In this document: positions 28,626-44,928 of the stretch, piece by piece
Position numbering within the stretch: position 1 is the stretch's first letter
Layout: each line of letters opens with the position of its first letter
NCBI RefSeq assembly: GCF_009914755.1
Contig: NC_060925.1
Direction: 5' to 3' (one strand)
Length of the DNA: 64,000 bases
Source of the DNA: the human T2T-CHM13v2.0 reference genome, Homo sapiens
Notes under the pieces: generated by a model
The model's database searches: none
What the model was told of the DNA's origin: nothing
What the model saw: the letters and a program-made list of their open reading frames with translations, nothing else
Position numbers and translations under genes: made by a program

Positions 28626-28959
28626 GATACAAGTTCTCTCTGCCTTTGCTAACATAGCTGTCACCCAGAAGGCCCTCCATTGCCTGGGTACCTCTTCTTC
28701 CTCCTTTTAACTTAGCTTAAGGATCACCAACCCTGGGAAATCATTTGTTACCCACAGCTTAAGTTGGGAGCTGTCCTCTGTGCTTTTACAGCCTCTCTGC
28801 AGACCTTGATTATTGTGGTTATCATGCTGTTGGAATAGATCCCACGTGAGCCAGATGCATCAGGGGCTGAGGAAAATTGCTACCCTACTTCAACCTGATG
28901 AACACAAGGAAGCTGATCACATTGAGCACTCAATGCCAAGCACATATTTTCTAAATTTT

Positions 28960-29745
28960 AGATTTTGATTTAATTTTAAACTTAGAGAAAAGTTTTCCTT
29001 TTTCCTCAGATTCACCAGTTAACATTTGGCCCCATTTGTATTATAATTCTCTATCTATATAAACATTTCTACACACACATACATGTATGTAAATTTTTCT
29101 TTTTATTATTTGAAAGTTGGAACCATTGTATAGTTCTTTGCCCATAAATAATATTTCAGTGTGTATTCCCTAAAAACAATGACATTCTCTTACATACTTA
29201 GAATACGATACTCGAAATTATGAAAGCTAACATTGATACAGTAGTATTATCTAATCCATAGTCCATTTTTCAAATTTTGTTATATGTGCCAATAATGTCC
29301 TTAATAGCTATTCCTTCTCCCCTTCCCTGGTCCAAAATCCAATACAGGATCATGCATTGCAATTAGTTGTCACGTATCTTTAGTCTCCTTTCATCTGGAA
29401 CACTTCCTCTGCCTTTCTGCATCTTGACCTTGACATTTTTGAAGAGGACAGGATGCTCATTTTGTAGACTGTCCTGCAATATGGTTTTGTCTGATGTTTC
29501 CATATGATTAGATTTAGCTTCTTCATTTTTGGCAGGAATACCAGAAATGATATTCTGTCCTTCTCAATGTCTTACATCAGCAGTCACATGATGCTGTCTG
29601 TCCAGATAGTCATGATGTTAACTCTGATGATTGGTTAAGGTGTGTCTGCCAGCTTTCTCTATTATAAAGTTACGATTTTAAATTTCTAAATAATTTGCGG
29701 AAGATATCTTGAGCCTATGTAAGTATGCTATTCCTCATCAAACTC
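28960..29745 (-). mobile_element. Old L1 3' UTR (L1MC4/5 or ME-type)
   Basis: GATCATGCATTGCAATTAGTTGTCACGTATCTTTAGTCTCC...TTTTGGCAGGAATACC. Confidence 0.75.
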
Positions 29746-30568
29746 CAGCCTCTTTTTTAAAAGGAAAAGAGGACAATTCATTGGGAATAGTGAGCAACAA
29801 AAGGAAATGGCATGAACATCCAGTCACTCCTAACTCCCTGTCCCTGGTACCGAGGCAGGTTGCTATGATTGTCCAGGGTTTTCTCTTTAAAATTAGGACT
29901 TGTCTCTGCTGGGTCCATACAAAGCTTCTTTTAGGGGAAAACTGAAGGAGTTAATTTGAGTCTCAGTAAAAATAACAAACCAACCCCAACAGCACTTTCT
30001 TGGTGTCAGGACTCAGTCCACTTGGAATTCTTCTCTCTCCTCCTATCATCAGAAGCAGGGATCCCTTCCTGCCTATTCCAACTTCACTAAATGTACATCA
30101 AAACCAGGCAGGCTTTCTACTGGTTTATTTACTTCTGAGGTCTGAGTGGTGGAAGGATAGCCTAATTATTATTGACCCAAGTCATTTTTCTTGCTTAGGA
30201 AACTATTTAATATTATTAGGAGCCAAAGTCTGGTAAAATTGGAAGCCAAAATAATCTTGTCCTCAGACCTTGAAGAGGTATACAATGTTAATGTCTCTGC
30301 CTTTTTAAAAAATGTAAGTATTTATAGAATTTTAAGCCGGTACTTGTTTCTTATTCCATATCTCCCATAATAAGATCATCACAATGAGAAATTGAAATCA
30401 CCCGTAAAAGACTGCATTGTAGCTATGAGTTTTGTTGTGTGTCCCACACTAGACTGGGATCTCCCTGAGACCAGGACTGTGCACCATTTATTTACTTGTG
30501 CATCCCCCTTCTTCTGGCATATTGCACACCACATAACGAGTGATCAGGTTTAGTTTAATAAATAAATT

Positions 30569-30835
<267 letters not shown>

Positions 30836-31049
30836 TTAAATGGCCTCCAGCAGTTTAAGTTATTCTTCCCTGCACTCTATTTCTTTTATTAAAATATTTC
30901 AATCTAGAAGCAAAAAGAATTCATTTCAAATCTATACTTTTTAAATTCTTTTGACTGTAGAGAATTATAAAAGTTTCTTAAAAATATAAAAAGACATCTA
31001 AATAAATGTACAGATACCACTTTTGCAGACAAACTGTCTTTATATTTTT

Positions 31050-31835
<786 letters not shown>

Positions 31836-31894
31836 GCTTTGCCCTGAGCCTCCTTCTCTTCTCCTTTTTTTTCTTCTTAAGTATTCTAAGTAAG

Positions 31895-32905
<1,011 letters not shown>

Positions 32906-33299
32906 ACTTCTTTATCTCTATAATTCCTCTATTATAATTTCTTCTGGTCTTGTAGTTAAAAATATAAACTCTATGATAATGACTTCTAAATCTTTATTTC
33001 CAGGTTCCTAGAAATTCAGTCTTGGATATTCAGATATCTACTTTACAACTTTGTGAATGCTTAATACATTTCCCAAAATTAACCTGGCCGAAACAATTTC
33101 TTCTTAAAACTAAAAAGAATAGGAGAAAGCACCAATCTTTTTCATTTCAACACCCACTATTTGCCAAGATAGATATTGAGGCACTCTCCTTGATTTTTCT
33201 GTTTCTTTTACTTTTCTCATTAAATTATTTAATAATTCTCTTGATTGCACCTACAATCATATCCTGAGTTTGAATGTATTTATTCTCTCTAGAGGAGCA

Positions 33300-33660
33300 G
33301 AGCATGCAGAGCAGAGGTTAAACACCTGGGATCTGGGTTCTTCTTTAAGTATTCTAAGGAACTTTTATTTTATTTTATTTTTGTATATATTAAAATGTAC
33401 AACATGATGTTTTGATATACATGTACATAGTAGAATGATTACTACTGCCAAGCAAATTAATATGTCTATCATCTTGCTTCTTGGTAGATGTGAAATCTCG
33501 GTTCAATTGCTTACATTTTCTATACTCCCACTTCTAAGTGAGGACAAAATAACACCTACCTCATAGAGTTTTTTGTGATAATTAGTCCAGTAAAAATGTG
33601 CACACTTTTAACAATCCCTAGTGCACAGTAAACATTCAAAAAGTATTAGCTGTTATTAGT
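33300..33660 (+). mobile_element. MIR interrupted by a ~138 bp insert
   Basis: GGTTAAACACCTGGGATCTGGGTT, then the insert, then CACCTACCTCATAGAGTT...TAAACATTCAAAAAGTATTAGCTGTTATT. Confidence 0.7.
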
Positions 33661-33779
33661 CATTTGTTCATAAATGCTATAGAATGGCGGCAATCTTGTG
33701 AAAGGCACTGTTGTAGGCACTGTGGATATCCAGTGATATAAAGGAGTAATGTACATTAAGTGATGATAGTGTTTGTGAT

Positions 33780-34228
33780 TACTATGGAGGTTGAGCTATG
33801 AGGAGTGAAGCTGGCTGATGGCCCCTACCTATAACATCTTTGGACCTCCTACTGTGTTCACACAGGCCTGGATTTCCCCAGGCTAATCCTAGACAGTACT
33901 GACCAGAAGGTGCTACAGCCAGGTCATTTCTGCTCAACATGAGACTCTTCTAACAGGCCATCTTTGCTCCAGGGCTTCCCACCAGCCTGTCCAAGGCTTT
34001 CTCAGAGCTGCATTGTAATCCGAGATCCTCCTACCCATTCTTCCCTTCTGATCCTCCTCTTACCTGTCTTCTTTTGCAGATATCAGACCTGTATTGCTGT
34101 CTGAAGGCTCTACCCACCCACTTCTCCTCCCTCTCCCCTTTATCCTTCTAAAGCATTTTCCCTTGTAAACCTCTTGCACATCTAAATCCATCTTGGCATC
34201 TGCTTTTTGGGAGACCCAAACTGACCCA
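33780..34228 (+). mobile_element. Old ERVL-class solo LTR (LTR16/LTR41-like)
   Basis: 3' end CTCTTGCACATCTAAATCCATCTTGGCATCTGCTTTTTGGGAGACCCAAACTGACCCA. Confidence 0.6.
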
Positions 34229-34229
34229 G

Positions 34230-35985
34230 TGCTAAAAAGAAAAATAAAACAGGGTCAGGGAGCTAGAAAGTGACTCAGAGATACACAGGGCGTTTACTGA
34301 ATGCCTATTTAATAAGATGAGAGAATTTGTTGATCTGTGGGTGGGTGAGGTATGCCAATATCCAGAAGGAGTGTATTTAAGACAAAAGCATTGGCAAGTG
34401 CAGAAACCCTGAGATGGGAACATTCTGGGTGTGTTTAAGGACCAAGAAGAAGCCAAGATATCTGGCATGACTTGAGCAAGGGGGTGAATGAACTGTAGGG
34501 GATAAGGGCAGATGAGCAGCGGAGAGCCACCTCTCTTAGGGCCTTATAGACCCAGATAAAGACTGCATTTTTTTCTATCACAGAGATGAAACACTATTGG
34601 AATGTTCTGAGCTGAAGATTGACATGATCTCACTTTTTAAAACACAAAAGCAGGATTGTTCTACCTGCTCTTTGGAGAACCCAGTTAAGTTGGTGAATTC
34701 ACAATGGAAAAACAAAGTGAGTGTGGTAGACAAGATTCTAGGTGGTCCCCAAGAACCCTGCCCCCTGTATAATTCCCTCGCCTTGAGGGTGGGTAGAACC
34801 TGTGATCCAGTTATTAATTAGTTACCTTGGCCTAATCAGATAGGCCCTTTAAAAGAAAAGCAGCTGCAGCAGGTGCACCCCTGCTGGCCTGGAAGAAAGC
34901 AGAGCCATGTTGTGACATGTCTATGAGGCCCACATGGGAAAGAGCTGCAGGCAGCCTCTAGGAGCTGCGAGTAGTCCCTGGCCACTGACAGCTACTAAAA
35001 AACAAGGACCTTAGTCCCACAACTGTAAAGAACTGAATGCTGCCAACAACCTGTGTGCTTGAAAGAGTACTATGAGCCTCAGATGAGATTGCAGCTATAC
35101 TGACACCTTGAAATCAGCCTGATGAAATACTGAGAAGACCAGCTAACTTGTACTCAGACTCCTGACCCATAGAAACTGTAAGAAAATAATTTGTTGTTTT
35201 AATAATAAATTATAAACAAATAAATATAATAAATAATAAATTTATGTTCTTTGAAGCCACTGTATATGTAACAATTTTTTACAGAGCAATAGAAAATGAA
35301 TCCAGTTGGCAATGGTGGAAAACAAGCAGAGAGGCTATGTAGTTAAGAGGCTATACAGTTCTCCAGATGGGAGATGATGGTGGCTTGGGTCAGGGTAGTA
35401 ATGCCATATCTTTTGGTGGTCAAGCCAATGAGATTTGTTGATGGATTGAATGTAGAGTGTGAGAGAAAGACATCAAGGATGACTGCAAGATGTTTGGCTT
35501 GAGCAACTGAACGTTTGGAATGTTCAGTGACTGAGAATGGAAAGACTATGGGAAGAACATACTTGATATCTTTTTGACAGACTGAATCAGTAAGAATCAC
35601 AAATTCTGTTAAATTGGGAATTCCAAGTATACATCACAGTGAAGATGTCCAGAAGGAACACTTGAGTGTATGAATTAGGAATAATGGGTGAGGTCCAAGT
35701 TGGACATACGTTAATACATTTTGGAGTCATTGGCAAATGCATGATATTTAAAACCTTAAAAATGGATGAGATCACAGCAATTATTACTAATATTTCCAGA
35801 CCTGTCCAAGCCCCCTCCATCTCCCACCTGGACTTCTTCATTAACTTTCCAGTGGTCTCCCTGATTCCACTGCCCTTTTACTATCCATTCTCCATGCTGC
35901 TGCTGGAGGGATTTTTTTTTAAACCCACATGCAAATCAGATAAGGTCACCACTCTGTTTAATATCTTCCAAAGGATTCCATCACA
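34230..35985. mobile_element. L2 fragments (minus 34230-34640 and 35310-35780; plus 35800-35985)
   Basis: GCAAGTGCAGAAACCCTGAG...AAGCCAAG; GAGATGATGGTGGCTTGG; GTCCAAGCC...ATCTCCCACCTGGAC. Confidence 0.7.
34722..35305 (+). mobile_element. MaLR LTR (MLT1E/F/G-like)
   Basis: TGTGGTAGACAAGATTCTAGGTGGTCCCC...GAACTGAATGCTGCCAACAACC...CAGAGCAATAGAAAATGAATCCA. Confidence 0.8.
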
Positions 35986-35989
35986 CCAA

Positions 35990-36460
35990 ATTAGTTAGCT
36001 TTTGTTGTATTACAAGCCACCTCAAAATTTAGTAGCTTGAAGTAACATTCATTTATTTTCATTCCTGATTCTGTGGGTCTATTGAATATTTATTCTGCTC
36101 TCCAGTGCTAAGCTGGGGCTGGATGATCCAGGATGGCCTCATTCCTATGTCTTGTGGTTGCTTAGTTGGCCAAGTCATAGAGGGTTTAGCTGAGATGTCT
36201 CTTCCCTTCTCCATGTGATCCCTCATTCTCCAGCAAGCTGTACCAGGTTTTTTCCAACAGCAGACTCAGAGTTCCAAAGAGCAGCCAGAGAGCAAACCCC
36301 AATGCACAAGAACCTTCCTAGGCCTTTGTTTACATCATGTTTGCTAATGTCCCACGGGCCAAAGTAAGTCACTGGGCCTACCCAGACTCTAGGAGGTGGA
36401 GAAATAGGCTGTATCTTTTGATGAGAGCCACTGCACTACAAAGGCCCACTGCAAAGAGGA
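35990..36460 (-). mobile_element. MaLR LTR (MLT1H/I-like)
   Basis: TTAGTTAGCTTTTGTTG...CCACCTCAAAATTTAGTAGCTTGAA...GCTAATGTCCCACGGGCCAAAGTAAGTCAC. Confidence 0.75.
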
Positions 36461-36546
36461 ATATGCAAAGAACAGCCAGGAAGAATTAAAATTGCACCTA
36501 GAAGACAATTCTGAATCCTTACTCTGGCTTTCAAAGTTTGGCATGA

Positions 36547-36949
<403 letters not shown>

Positions 36950-36959
36950 TAAGCAGGCT

Positions 36960-37078
36960 TATTTTTTTCTGCAGCAGTTTTAAGTTCACATCAAAACTGA
37001 GCAGAAGGTACAGAGATTTCCCATAAAACCCTGCTCCTATTCATGCATAGCCTCCCCTATTACCAACATCCCCCACCA
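36960..37078 (-). mobile_element. L1MC1-type extreme 3' end
   Basis: GCAGTTTTAAGTTCACATCAAAACTGAGCAGAAGGTACAGAGATTTCCCATA. Confidence 0.8.
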
Positions 37079-37189
37079 TCTGCTCTTTTATACCCTAGGT
37101 CTTGAGCCAAAATGCTTGTCTTTCCGTAAGTTAACAAACTTTTTCTTGGTTCAAAGAACCTGAAATGTTTCTTCTGTCTGGAATGTTTG

Positions 37190-37442
37190 TTTCCCCAGCT
37201 TTATTGAGGTATAACTGATAAATAAAATTGTACACATTTTAGATATACAATGTAATGATTTCGTGTATACATATACTGTGGAATGGTTACCACAATGAAG
37301 TTATCCATCACCTTACCTAGTTATCTTTTTGTGTGTGTAGGGTAAGAACATTTGAGATCTACTCTCAGGAAATTTTGAATATCCAATACAGTATTATTAA
37401 CTATAGTCACTGTGCTGTACTTGAGCTCCCAGGAACTTATTC
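37190..37442 (-). mobile_element. L1MA9/L1MB-type 3' end
   Basis: CCCAGCTTTATTGAGGTATAACTGA...GATCTACTCTC...TTAACTATAGTCAC. Confidence 0.8.
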
Positions 37443-38217
37443 TGGAATGCACTTCCCCCAAATCTTGGTATGACAGGCTCCTCCTTTGCATTGAGGCCTC
37501 AGATTAAATGTATTCTTCTGAGACAGGCCTTCTCCTATATCCTGATCACTCTCTATCTCATATCTCATCCTCTGAGTAAATTCTGTTTATAATATTTATG
37601 ATCACTTGATTTCTTCTAGTTTGTTTATTGCTTCATGTGCATGACCACCACCCCCTTCCAAAAAAAAAAAAAAAACAAACAAACAAAGTAAGCTCTGTGA
37701 CTGTAGGGATTTCATTTTGTTTATTCCAAGAATGGCACCTTGCATGTAGTGGATATTTAAGCAACTGTTAAATAGCATTCTCAAACGCCAAATGAAGAGT
37801 ATTTTTCTCTTATGGGAAACTGAGAGCTGACTATAATTGAACAACCTCAGTTCAGCTAAAATTTATATGAAATCTGTATAACTAAAATGATAAAAGAATA
37901 GAAAACTATTTTAAAGTAGGAAACAAATATGTCTTTTAGACACTCAGGTAATATTCACTGTCTTTTAAAGGAATTTACAATGTTAAATTTCTTTTTAAAG
38001 GAGTTCCCTTTTGGTGATGTGACTCAGATGTAACAGTGCCCAGGTCCCTGGATTAGTATCTTGCCAGCCACTCATTTTCAACTGTTCTCTTCTGATTCAT
38101 AACAAGTCGTCAAATATCCTTTAATGAATAGGAAAGTCCTTGATACTTACTTCCTGTCCTTTCTGACATGTTTGCCAAAAAGCCACTCATTAACAAATTT
38201 TATTTCTCAACTGACCG

Positions 38218-38577
38218 GCTATTACGGGTTGAATATTTGTGTCCTTCCAAAATTTATATGTTGAAGCCCTAACCTCCAATATGATGGTATTAGGGGGTGG
38301 GATTTGGGAGGCAATTATATTTAGATGAGGTCATGAAGGTGGAGCCCTTGGGATGGGATTAATGTCCTTACAAGAAGAAGAAACACCAGAGCTTCCTCTC
38401 CCCTCCATGTGGGGACACAGCAAGGAAGCAGTCATCTGAAAGCCAGGAAGAGGGCCCTCACCAGGACAGGACCATGCTGATGCCCTGGTCTCAGACTTCT
38501 GGAACTGTGAGGAATAAATTCTGTTGCTTAAGTCACCCAGTCTATGGTATTATGTTATGGCAGCCTGAGCTAAGATA
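38218..38577 (+). mobile_element. MaLR solo LTR (MLT1A0-like)
   Basis: TTGAATATTTGTGTCCTTCCAAAATTTATATGTTGAAGCCCTAACC...GGCAGCCTGAGCTAAGATA. Confidence 0.88.
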
Positions 38578-41500
38578 TCTCCTTACCCTCCTTTCCCCCA
38601 TTTTCTTTCTCTTTCTCATTAAGCCCATTTTTTCTGGTTCAACCAGTTTTAGTGATTCTGTTTTCCAGGGGACATCTGTAGCTTGTTTCATTTGTATTTT
38701 CTGATTAGTTCTTGCATCAGATTCATTTGTCTGCTCCAGTGCCATTCACTTTTCTCAAATGAAACAATTCTTGTCTCCTCTAGTCTACTCCAGCATTCAT
38801 CAACTTCCTCTCATATACCCCAGGGAAATTTCCATTCTCCTGGCAATAGGCAGAGAACTTCCCAGGCACTGCACTGGATATCTTAAATCTGGTTCCTAAA
38901 AGTCAATGTGCAAATAGAGATGAGTGCAAATTGAATGTGGTGGGAGTAAGGTGGCAGAAGAGTAATATTCCTGGGATTCTAGAATACTGAAAGTGGCTAT
39001 TGACCAAAGTCACTGCGAAAAGAATATACTATGTGTTTACTTGCTGTTTTGTTTTCCTTCTGGTCATAAGAAGCCCTCATTTCCCAGCCTCCTTTGCATC
39101 TAAGTGGGGCTATATGTCTAGCTCTGTTCAATGATATGTTTGTGGAAGTAATCCACCCCACCTTCAGGTTTGGCACCAAGGCTGGTGCAGCAAAGTGGGG
39201 AGGAGCTTGACACAATTAAAGAATGGAATTCTCTGAGAATTATCCATCAATATGAAGGTAATGGGAAAAGATGACTGTCTAAAAGGCAACTTAGCAGACT
39301 TTTCCTCCCATGGGGTAAGATTAAGAGATTAAGACTTGGGAAACATTCATATGATGCTCAGTAACTCCTGGTGACATCCACACAGAAGTTCATTTGAGAT
39401 TCACAAGCACAGAGGAAGTTTCTTACTAAAAACTAACAGAACCACATAAAATAAGAAAGTGAAAATGTATAGAGAAAAAGTCTAGCTACTCAGAGACCTG
39501 CGCAAGAAAAGAGAAAATGGATAGCCAGGGAGCAGGAGCAATTACTATCAATAATAGTTACTTTCAGCAGTAGTCTACATTGGGCTCCTTAGGAAGGAAA
39601 GCTTCCATTCTTCTGGCAAGGGAAGGAGAAACTGCCTGATTGCTGGAGCTGGGGCAGGTGTGGTGGGGTTAATGAATGCTCCTTGTACAGGTTTCCAAGA
39701 CATTCTTCTGTTATCAACTCCACATCACACTCCAGCCTTCAAAGGTGGTGGGGCTTGTGATAGGAGCTATCTTTGTTCTTACTAGCTTTGTCCGCTGCAG
39801 ACAGTTGGAATCCTGGTTTCTCTATTCCCTGCCTGTAGCAACCACTTGTAAGGCACTGTGTGCCACAAACTGTCTGCCCAGCTGATTTCAGTGCAGTGGT
39901 AGACAGTCCCATGTGCATGATCTGTTTCCCACATCAAGCATGGACTTCAGCCTCTCTCTGCTTTGCCATCCCAAAGTTTTGTCTGAAGTCATCGCCTGAA
40001 AGCAACCCAGAGGTATAAAGATTTTAATCCTCCTGAAGGCAGCCCTTTAAAGGTAGGGGAGGGAGTCATGAACACATGCTCTAGCCTGCTCCAAGTTGCT
40101 TCAACACGGCTCCTCTGAAAGCCCCCAAGGGATCTGACACCCAGTTGTGCAATATAGGAGTCAGCTAGCTCATGAGCCCCCTTCCAGTTTCACATTCCCC
40201 ACCTTCTCACTTCTGCAGTCCCGGTTCATTTTCCATATAAGGCTTTGTTTCATCTTCCGCTTTTAGGGAAACCCAATGTTCCAACTAGAATTTCCAGCTG
40301 CCAGTGTCTTGTCAATACATCTGCTGCAGTTTCTTCTCTAACTCTTTTTGTCCCTTATGGGTTTATAGTTGTACATTTCTATCATCAAGTCTGTGGGATT
40401 AGGAAAGAAGTGGAGGTAGCGTGTGTCTTCAAGCTGCTCTTCTCCCCCTGCTGAGTCGTACCCAATCCTGAGCTTGAATGAAACTTCCTGGATCTTCCCA
40501 TCAAAAGGTCTCCTCTTTTGCTTTCTTGTAACATCATATATTAGTCTTCATAACCTGAACACAATTTGTAATTTTATCTTTATTTGTTGTTTTACCACTC
40601 AACCACTAGAATCTCGGCTCCATGAATCAGAGTCTACATCTTTTTTGTATATCTCTATGTGTTTTTGTTCAATAAACAAAGGATTTTCTACTGTCCTGTA
40701 GGTTCTAAACAGGTCCAATTCCTCTAGCCCTCCCTGTGGTAGTTAGGTGACTGCTCAGGTCACCCACACAGAGGCTCTTCTCTACACATCTCCTTGAAAA
40801 GGCTCAGCTTTGAGCAGATTCACAAATATGTCATCAAGAACTAGATGTCAGCTAGAGAAGGACAAAGTTCTGCAAGCGTGGACACAAGTGGGCAGCTGAT
40901 TTGGGAGATGGAGGCGAAAAAAAGAAAAAGCAGAAGGGCACAGAGCTAGGCTTGGTTTACTTTACCCCCTGCTCTGGCTAATTCACTGCCTGACTCCCAG
41001 TACCTTATAACTGGTATTATTCCTTACTGCAGAATTGCCCATAGCTCCTGGTTCCTGGGGTCCTGATACTCCCTTGCTTATGAACAAGGATTCCCCTACC
41101 ATGGTGAGGCACCCTATACCTGCCTGAAGCAGCCTTTGATACCATCGCCAAAGATAATACGCAGATACTCTGAAGACCACCTTCACAAGACCTTCAGCCA
41201 CATGGCAAAATATAGCATGAAGATAGTGCCTGTAAAGTAATTTAATTGGTGATTCTTGTTTGAAAGACAAAAATAAATGATGTTTCAAATAATGGTATCT
41301 GAGATATTTTACAGATAGACCAAAGATTGTTTGATTTAAAGAACTATTAAAACACCACAAAAGGATTGAGAAGGTTCACCCTCCCCCTTTCTAGAAAGTC
41401 CTTCATGTGACATCCATCTTCACACTGCCCCTGATTTTAAAACTAGCACATGTATGACACATAATACAACATTTATAAATTAAGGAAGCCCACCTCTTTT

Positions 41501-43049
41501 AAGTAATATTCTTTAAATCTCCATTTCTGACAGTCCTACTATTTGCACAGTAACTGTAATAGGCGTATTTTTTGGAAAATAGTGAATAAAAACTGACAAG
41601 CTATCTGGGGAATCTGAATGTATAATTGATAGGGGCATAAATTAATATGATTAGGCCTTTATTGGGTGCAGTGTCTGCCAAACCTACAAAAGGGGCCTGG
41701 AATGAATCACGGCTGTGGTCTCGAAGCTGATAGACATCAATATGTAATGTGGATTATCTCAAGCTTTCTCATGTGGTCCACTTATGACAGCACTGAGCCT
41801 AATTGAAATTTTTATCTTTGTGTTGCATACAGACAGTTTTGGCTGGTCACTTCCTTTGGAAAGAGGAGCGAACCAGGTGATAAAAAAATCAAGGTTTTCA
41901 GTGAAGGTCTTAATAAAATCGTTTTATAAAGGTTTTAGAAATTAGTGCTCTGTAAAGCCACTTTGGAGAAACTGACTTCTGGAAATTCCTTTGCACTGTG
42001 ATTTTCTGAATATTAAGCAGGCATGTCCAAACCAAAGTAACAAAGACACAGAAGATTCTGTCACTTCTGTGGAAATTGACACGTTCTTCATAAAATTGTG
42101 GTTAGTAGTTTAGCCTTTTTTTGACGTTGTGCAAAACCATTTCTTAATTACAATGATAAAATACATCTTTGTAGGGTAACATCTATATTTCCATAAGTAA
42201 CAAAATTAAAATAATTTTTCCTTTGATTCTAAACAACAAGCATGTGCTTCAGTTAAATAATCATCCCTGCTTATCCGTATTCTTGCTGATACATGGCTTC
42301 CCACTGTATGTTTTAGGTTGTAATTCTATAATCAAAAACAGGAGGTCAAAGCTGTTATATTTACAGAAGGACATGTTAAGTTTCAGAGATCAAAGCACTT
42401 AACATCTGTAATTTTCCAGAACTTCATCCTTTTATAGCATATAAAATATTAGCTGCATTTTACATCTGCCCTTGGCAGTAATAAGTTTCAGATGTGAAAC
42501 AAGTTCAATATGATTTTGGGGAACATTTGTGTATGGCAACCAGAAAGGTCAGTATGTTTTATGTACTTTGTGATAAAAGTAAGTGTTGATATCTTGGGAC
42601 TGGAAAATGAAAACTAATGGGGCATTGGAACTTTCTTGGTGACCTCATGAAGCAATTTACGATCCTTTTATCACCCCTAATATGACGTTGTCATAAAAAT
42701 GATCTTTTAATTAAATGTAACAGGAAAACTCTGCACCCTCATTGGGGTGTTTCTGGTCCTGGTGAGTTAACATTTTTAATAGCATACCTTCAGCAGTCAG
42801 CAATGTTGAATTTATAAAATATGGTTCCTCTCAAACACTTTGAAAGCTATAATCTCCATAGCTGTATCAACCTAAGGGACTGAAGAGCAAAAAGAAAGCA
42901 AGTGGAAGAGTTATTCTTGCAGAAAGGCAATGGAGTATAATGGAAAGACAATTGGCTTAGAACAGAAATGGCCTATCACATACTAAGCTCCTACAACATG
43001 CCAGGCATTCTGCCAAAAACTTTACCATAACTTTTATTTCATGTAGTTT

Positions 43050-43210
43050 AACTCTTGTTCTCTGGAGAACTGGGTTCTGTATCTGACTCTGCTACTATTT
43101 GCTTGTATGATTTTGGGCACAACATCCTACTTTCAGTTTTCTCTTCTGTAAATGGAGTGAGAGAGAAAAGAATTGGACCAGATGGTCTCTAATTCCAGCA
43201 TTAAACTTCT
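43050..43210 (+). mobile_element. MIR3/MIRc fragment
   Basis: CTGGGTTCTG...CTCTGCTACTATTTGC...TCAGTTTTCTCTTCTGTAAATGG...TTGGACCAGATGGTCTCTAA. Confidence 0.65.
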
Positions 43211-43279
43211 ATAGAGGCAAATGAATAAGGATAGAAAAGTGAGGAAGAATCAGAGCAAGGGACATTATTGAAGGTTAGC

Positions 43280-43980
43280 ATGAACCACCCACAGTCCAGG
43301 GTTTTAGAGACACAGACGATCGAGATATGGTTCCTGACACTGAAGAACTTGTAGTCTTGTGGGGGAAATGCCGTGTTAATATAAAAGTTAAGTGTACTGG
43401 AAAAGGCAAGCCCAGAAGGCTATGAAAACAGAGGAGAAAGTGTAGGTCAAATGAAATGTTTAGGGACGGCCTCTGGAGGAGATGATGACTAGCTAAGCCT
43501 TAAGTAACGAGAAATGTTAAGTTGGGTGAAAAAAGGTAGGATTGTCCCAGGCAGAGGGACACAGAGGAATAAAATGCCCTGATAAATGCAAGGAACTGCA
43601 AGTGGTTTGCTATTACTAGGGCATGCCATACAAAATGGATAGTAGGGGGAGCAAAAATGGAAGAGAGAAGGGGGACACAGTCTAAGAACATTCTTGAAAG
43701 CTGGACTAAGAAGCATGGATTTTGCCCACAGGAAATGGGAAGCCACAGATGGTCAGGCTGACTTTTAGGAAAATGACTCTGCCTGCAAGATGAGGGAAAT
43801 TTTAAAACAGAATAAAAATGGAGACAGGGAGATTAAAAGGCTACTGTAGCATTTGTTGAAAAGATAATGAGCTCTGAACTAGAGAAATGGAATGGGTGTT
43901 GAGAGGAGTAGACAGATATGAGAAACATTTAGAAAGTAAAATCAGCAGGGCTTGGGCTTAATTGGATATAGGATTAGTCC
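43280..43980 (-). mobile_element. L2
   Basis: CCAGGCAGAGGGAC...AATGGGAAGCCACAG...TTTAGGAAAATGACTCTG...AGATAATGAGCTCTGAACTAG. Confidence 0.7.
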
Positions 43981-44928
43981 GGGAAGAAGGGACAGTTCAA
44001 ATCAAAATGTCTGGCCAACTCCTTCAATTTAAAAAAACTGAAAGTCATTTAATCTAGTGGAAAAACTCAATTGACTCTTTGTTATGGTGGTCAAAAAAAA
44101 AAAAGATTAGTTAACTGGAATCTTCATATTTTACCAAGTAGTTGGCATGAGTCTAGCTATCACTTATCTACCCCAGAAGCCAGTGGTAAAGAAAGCCATT
44201 TTTACCATCACTTCGTAGTTGATAAACGGAAATCCTTGATATCAAGTGACGCACTCCAGTGATGGCCGGTGAAGGGAATCAAGCCAGCTCTCCCAGCTTC
44301 CAGTTCACACCCTTACTCTTTGCGTAGTACGCCTCTTCTGTGACAGAAGGACTTAAAGCAATTATTTTCAATTCATATTGTTATTAGCATTCATAATTCT
44401 AAAAATATTTTTTCTCTGCTAACTTAAAGATTTTCCTTAGTAAAATTCCTTAGTAAAACAGTTTTCCTTAGTAAAAATTGTCTTCAGTATTTAAAATTCA
44501 AGTGCCCAAATACTTGCCTAAAGAGCGCCGTGTTGTAGCTACAATACTACAGAAAAGTGGACACATTTAAAATATCAGCACGCTTCTATTTGAAAAGGTA
44601 GCCCCAAATAATTCCCTATTATAAAATACTCTTTTACATGAGACGTGTGCCATTCACAAGAGGATTCTTGACAATGTAACTGAGTCTTGATTTTCCATGG
44701 CCATTGGGTAAAGTGTAAGCATGGATAACTGGAAAAACAACAATAATCCCAAGTCTCACTCTAACTAACCTTTTCAATCTCCTCATGTACCAACTCTTTT
44801 ACCAGAGCTTCCAGCATGCAATAAAATTGACCTACTTGAATTTTGTCTTTTTCTCCCTTCAAGAACTGTGGATGATTTCATCCTGGAACACTAGGGAAAT
44901 ATGAAACACAAAGACCTCACACATTAGC

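Noticed and set aside
35355-35835. Weak inverted similarity around 35.4 and 35.8 kb
   Set aside because: Explained by two oppositely oriented L2 fragments.
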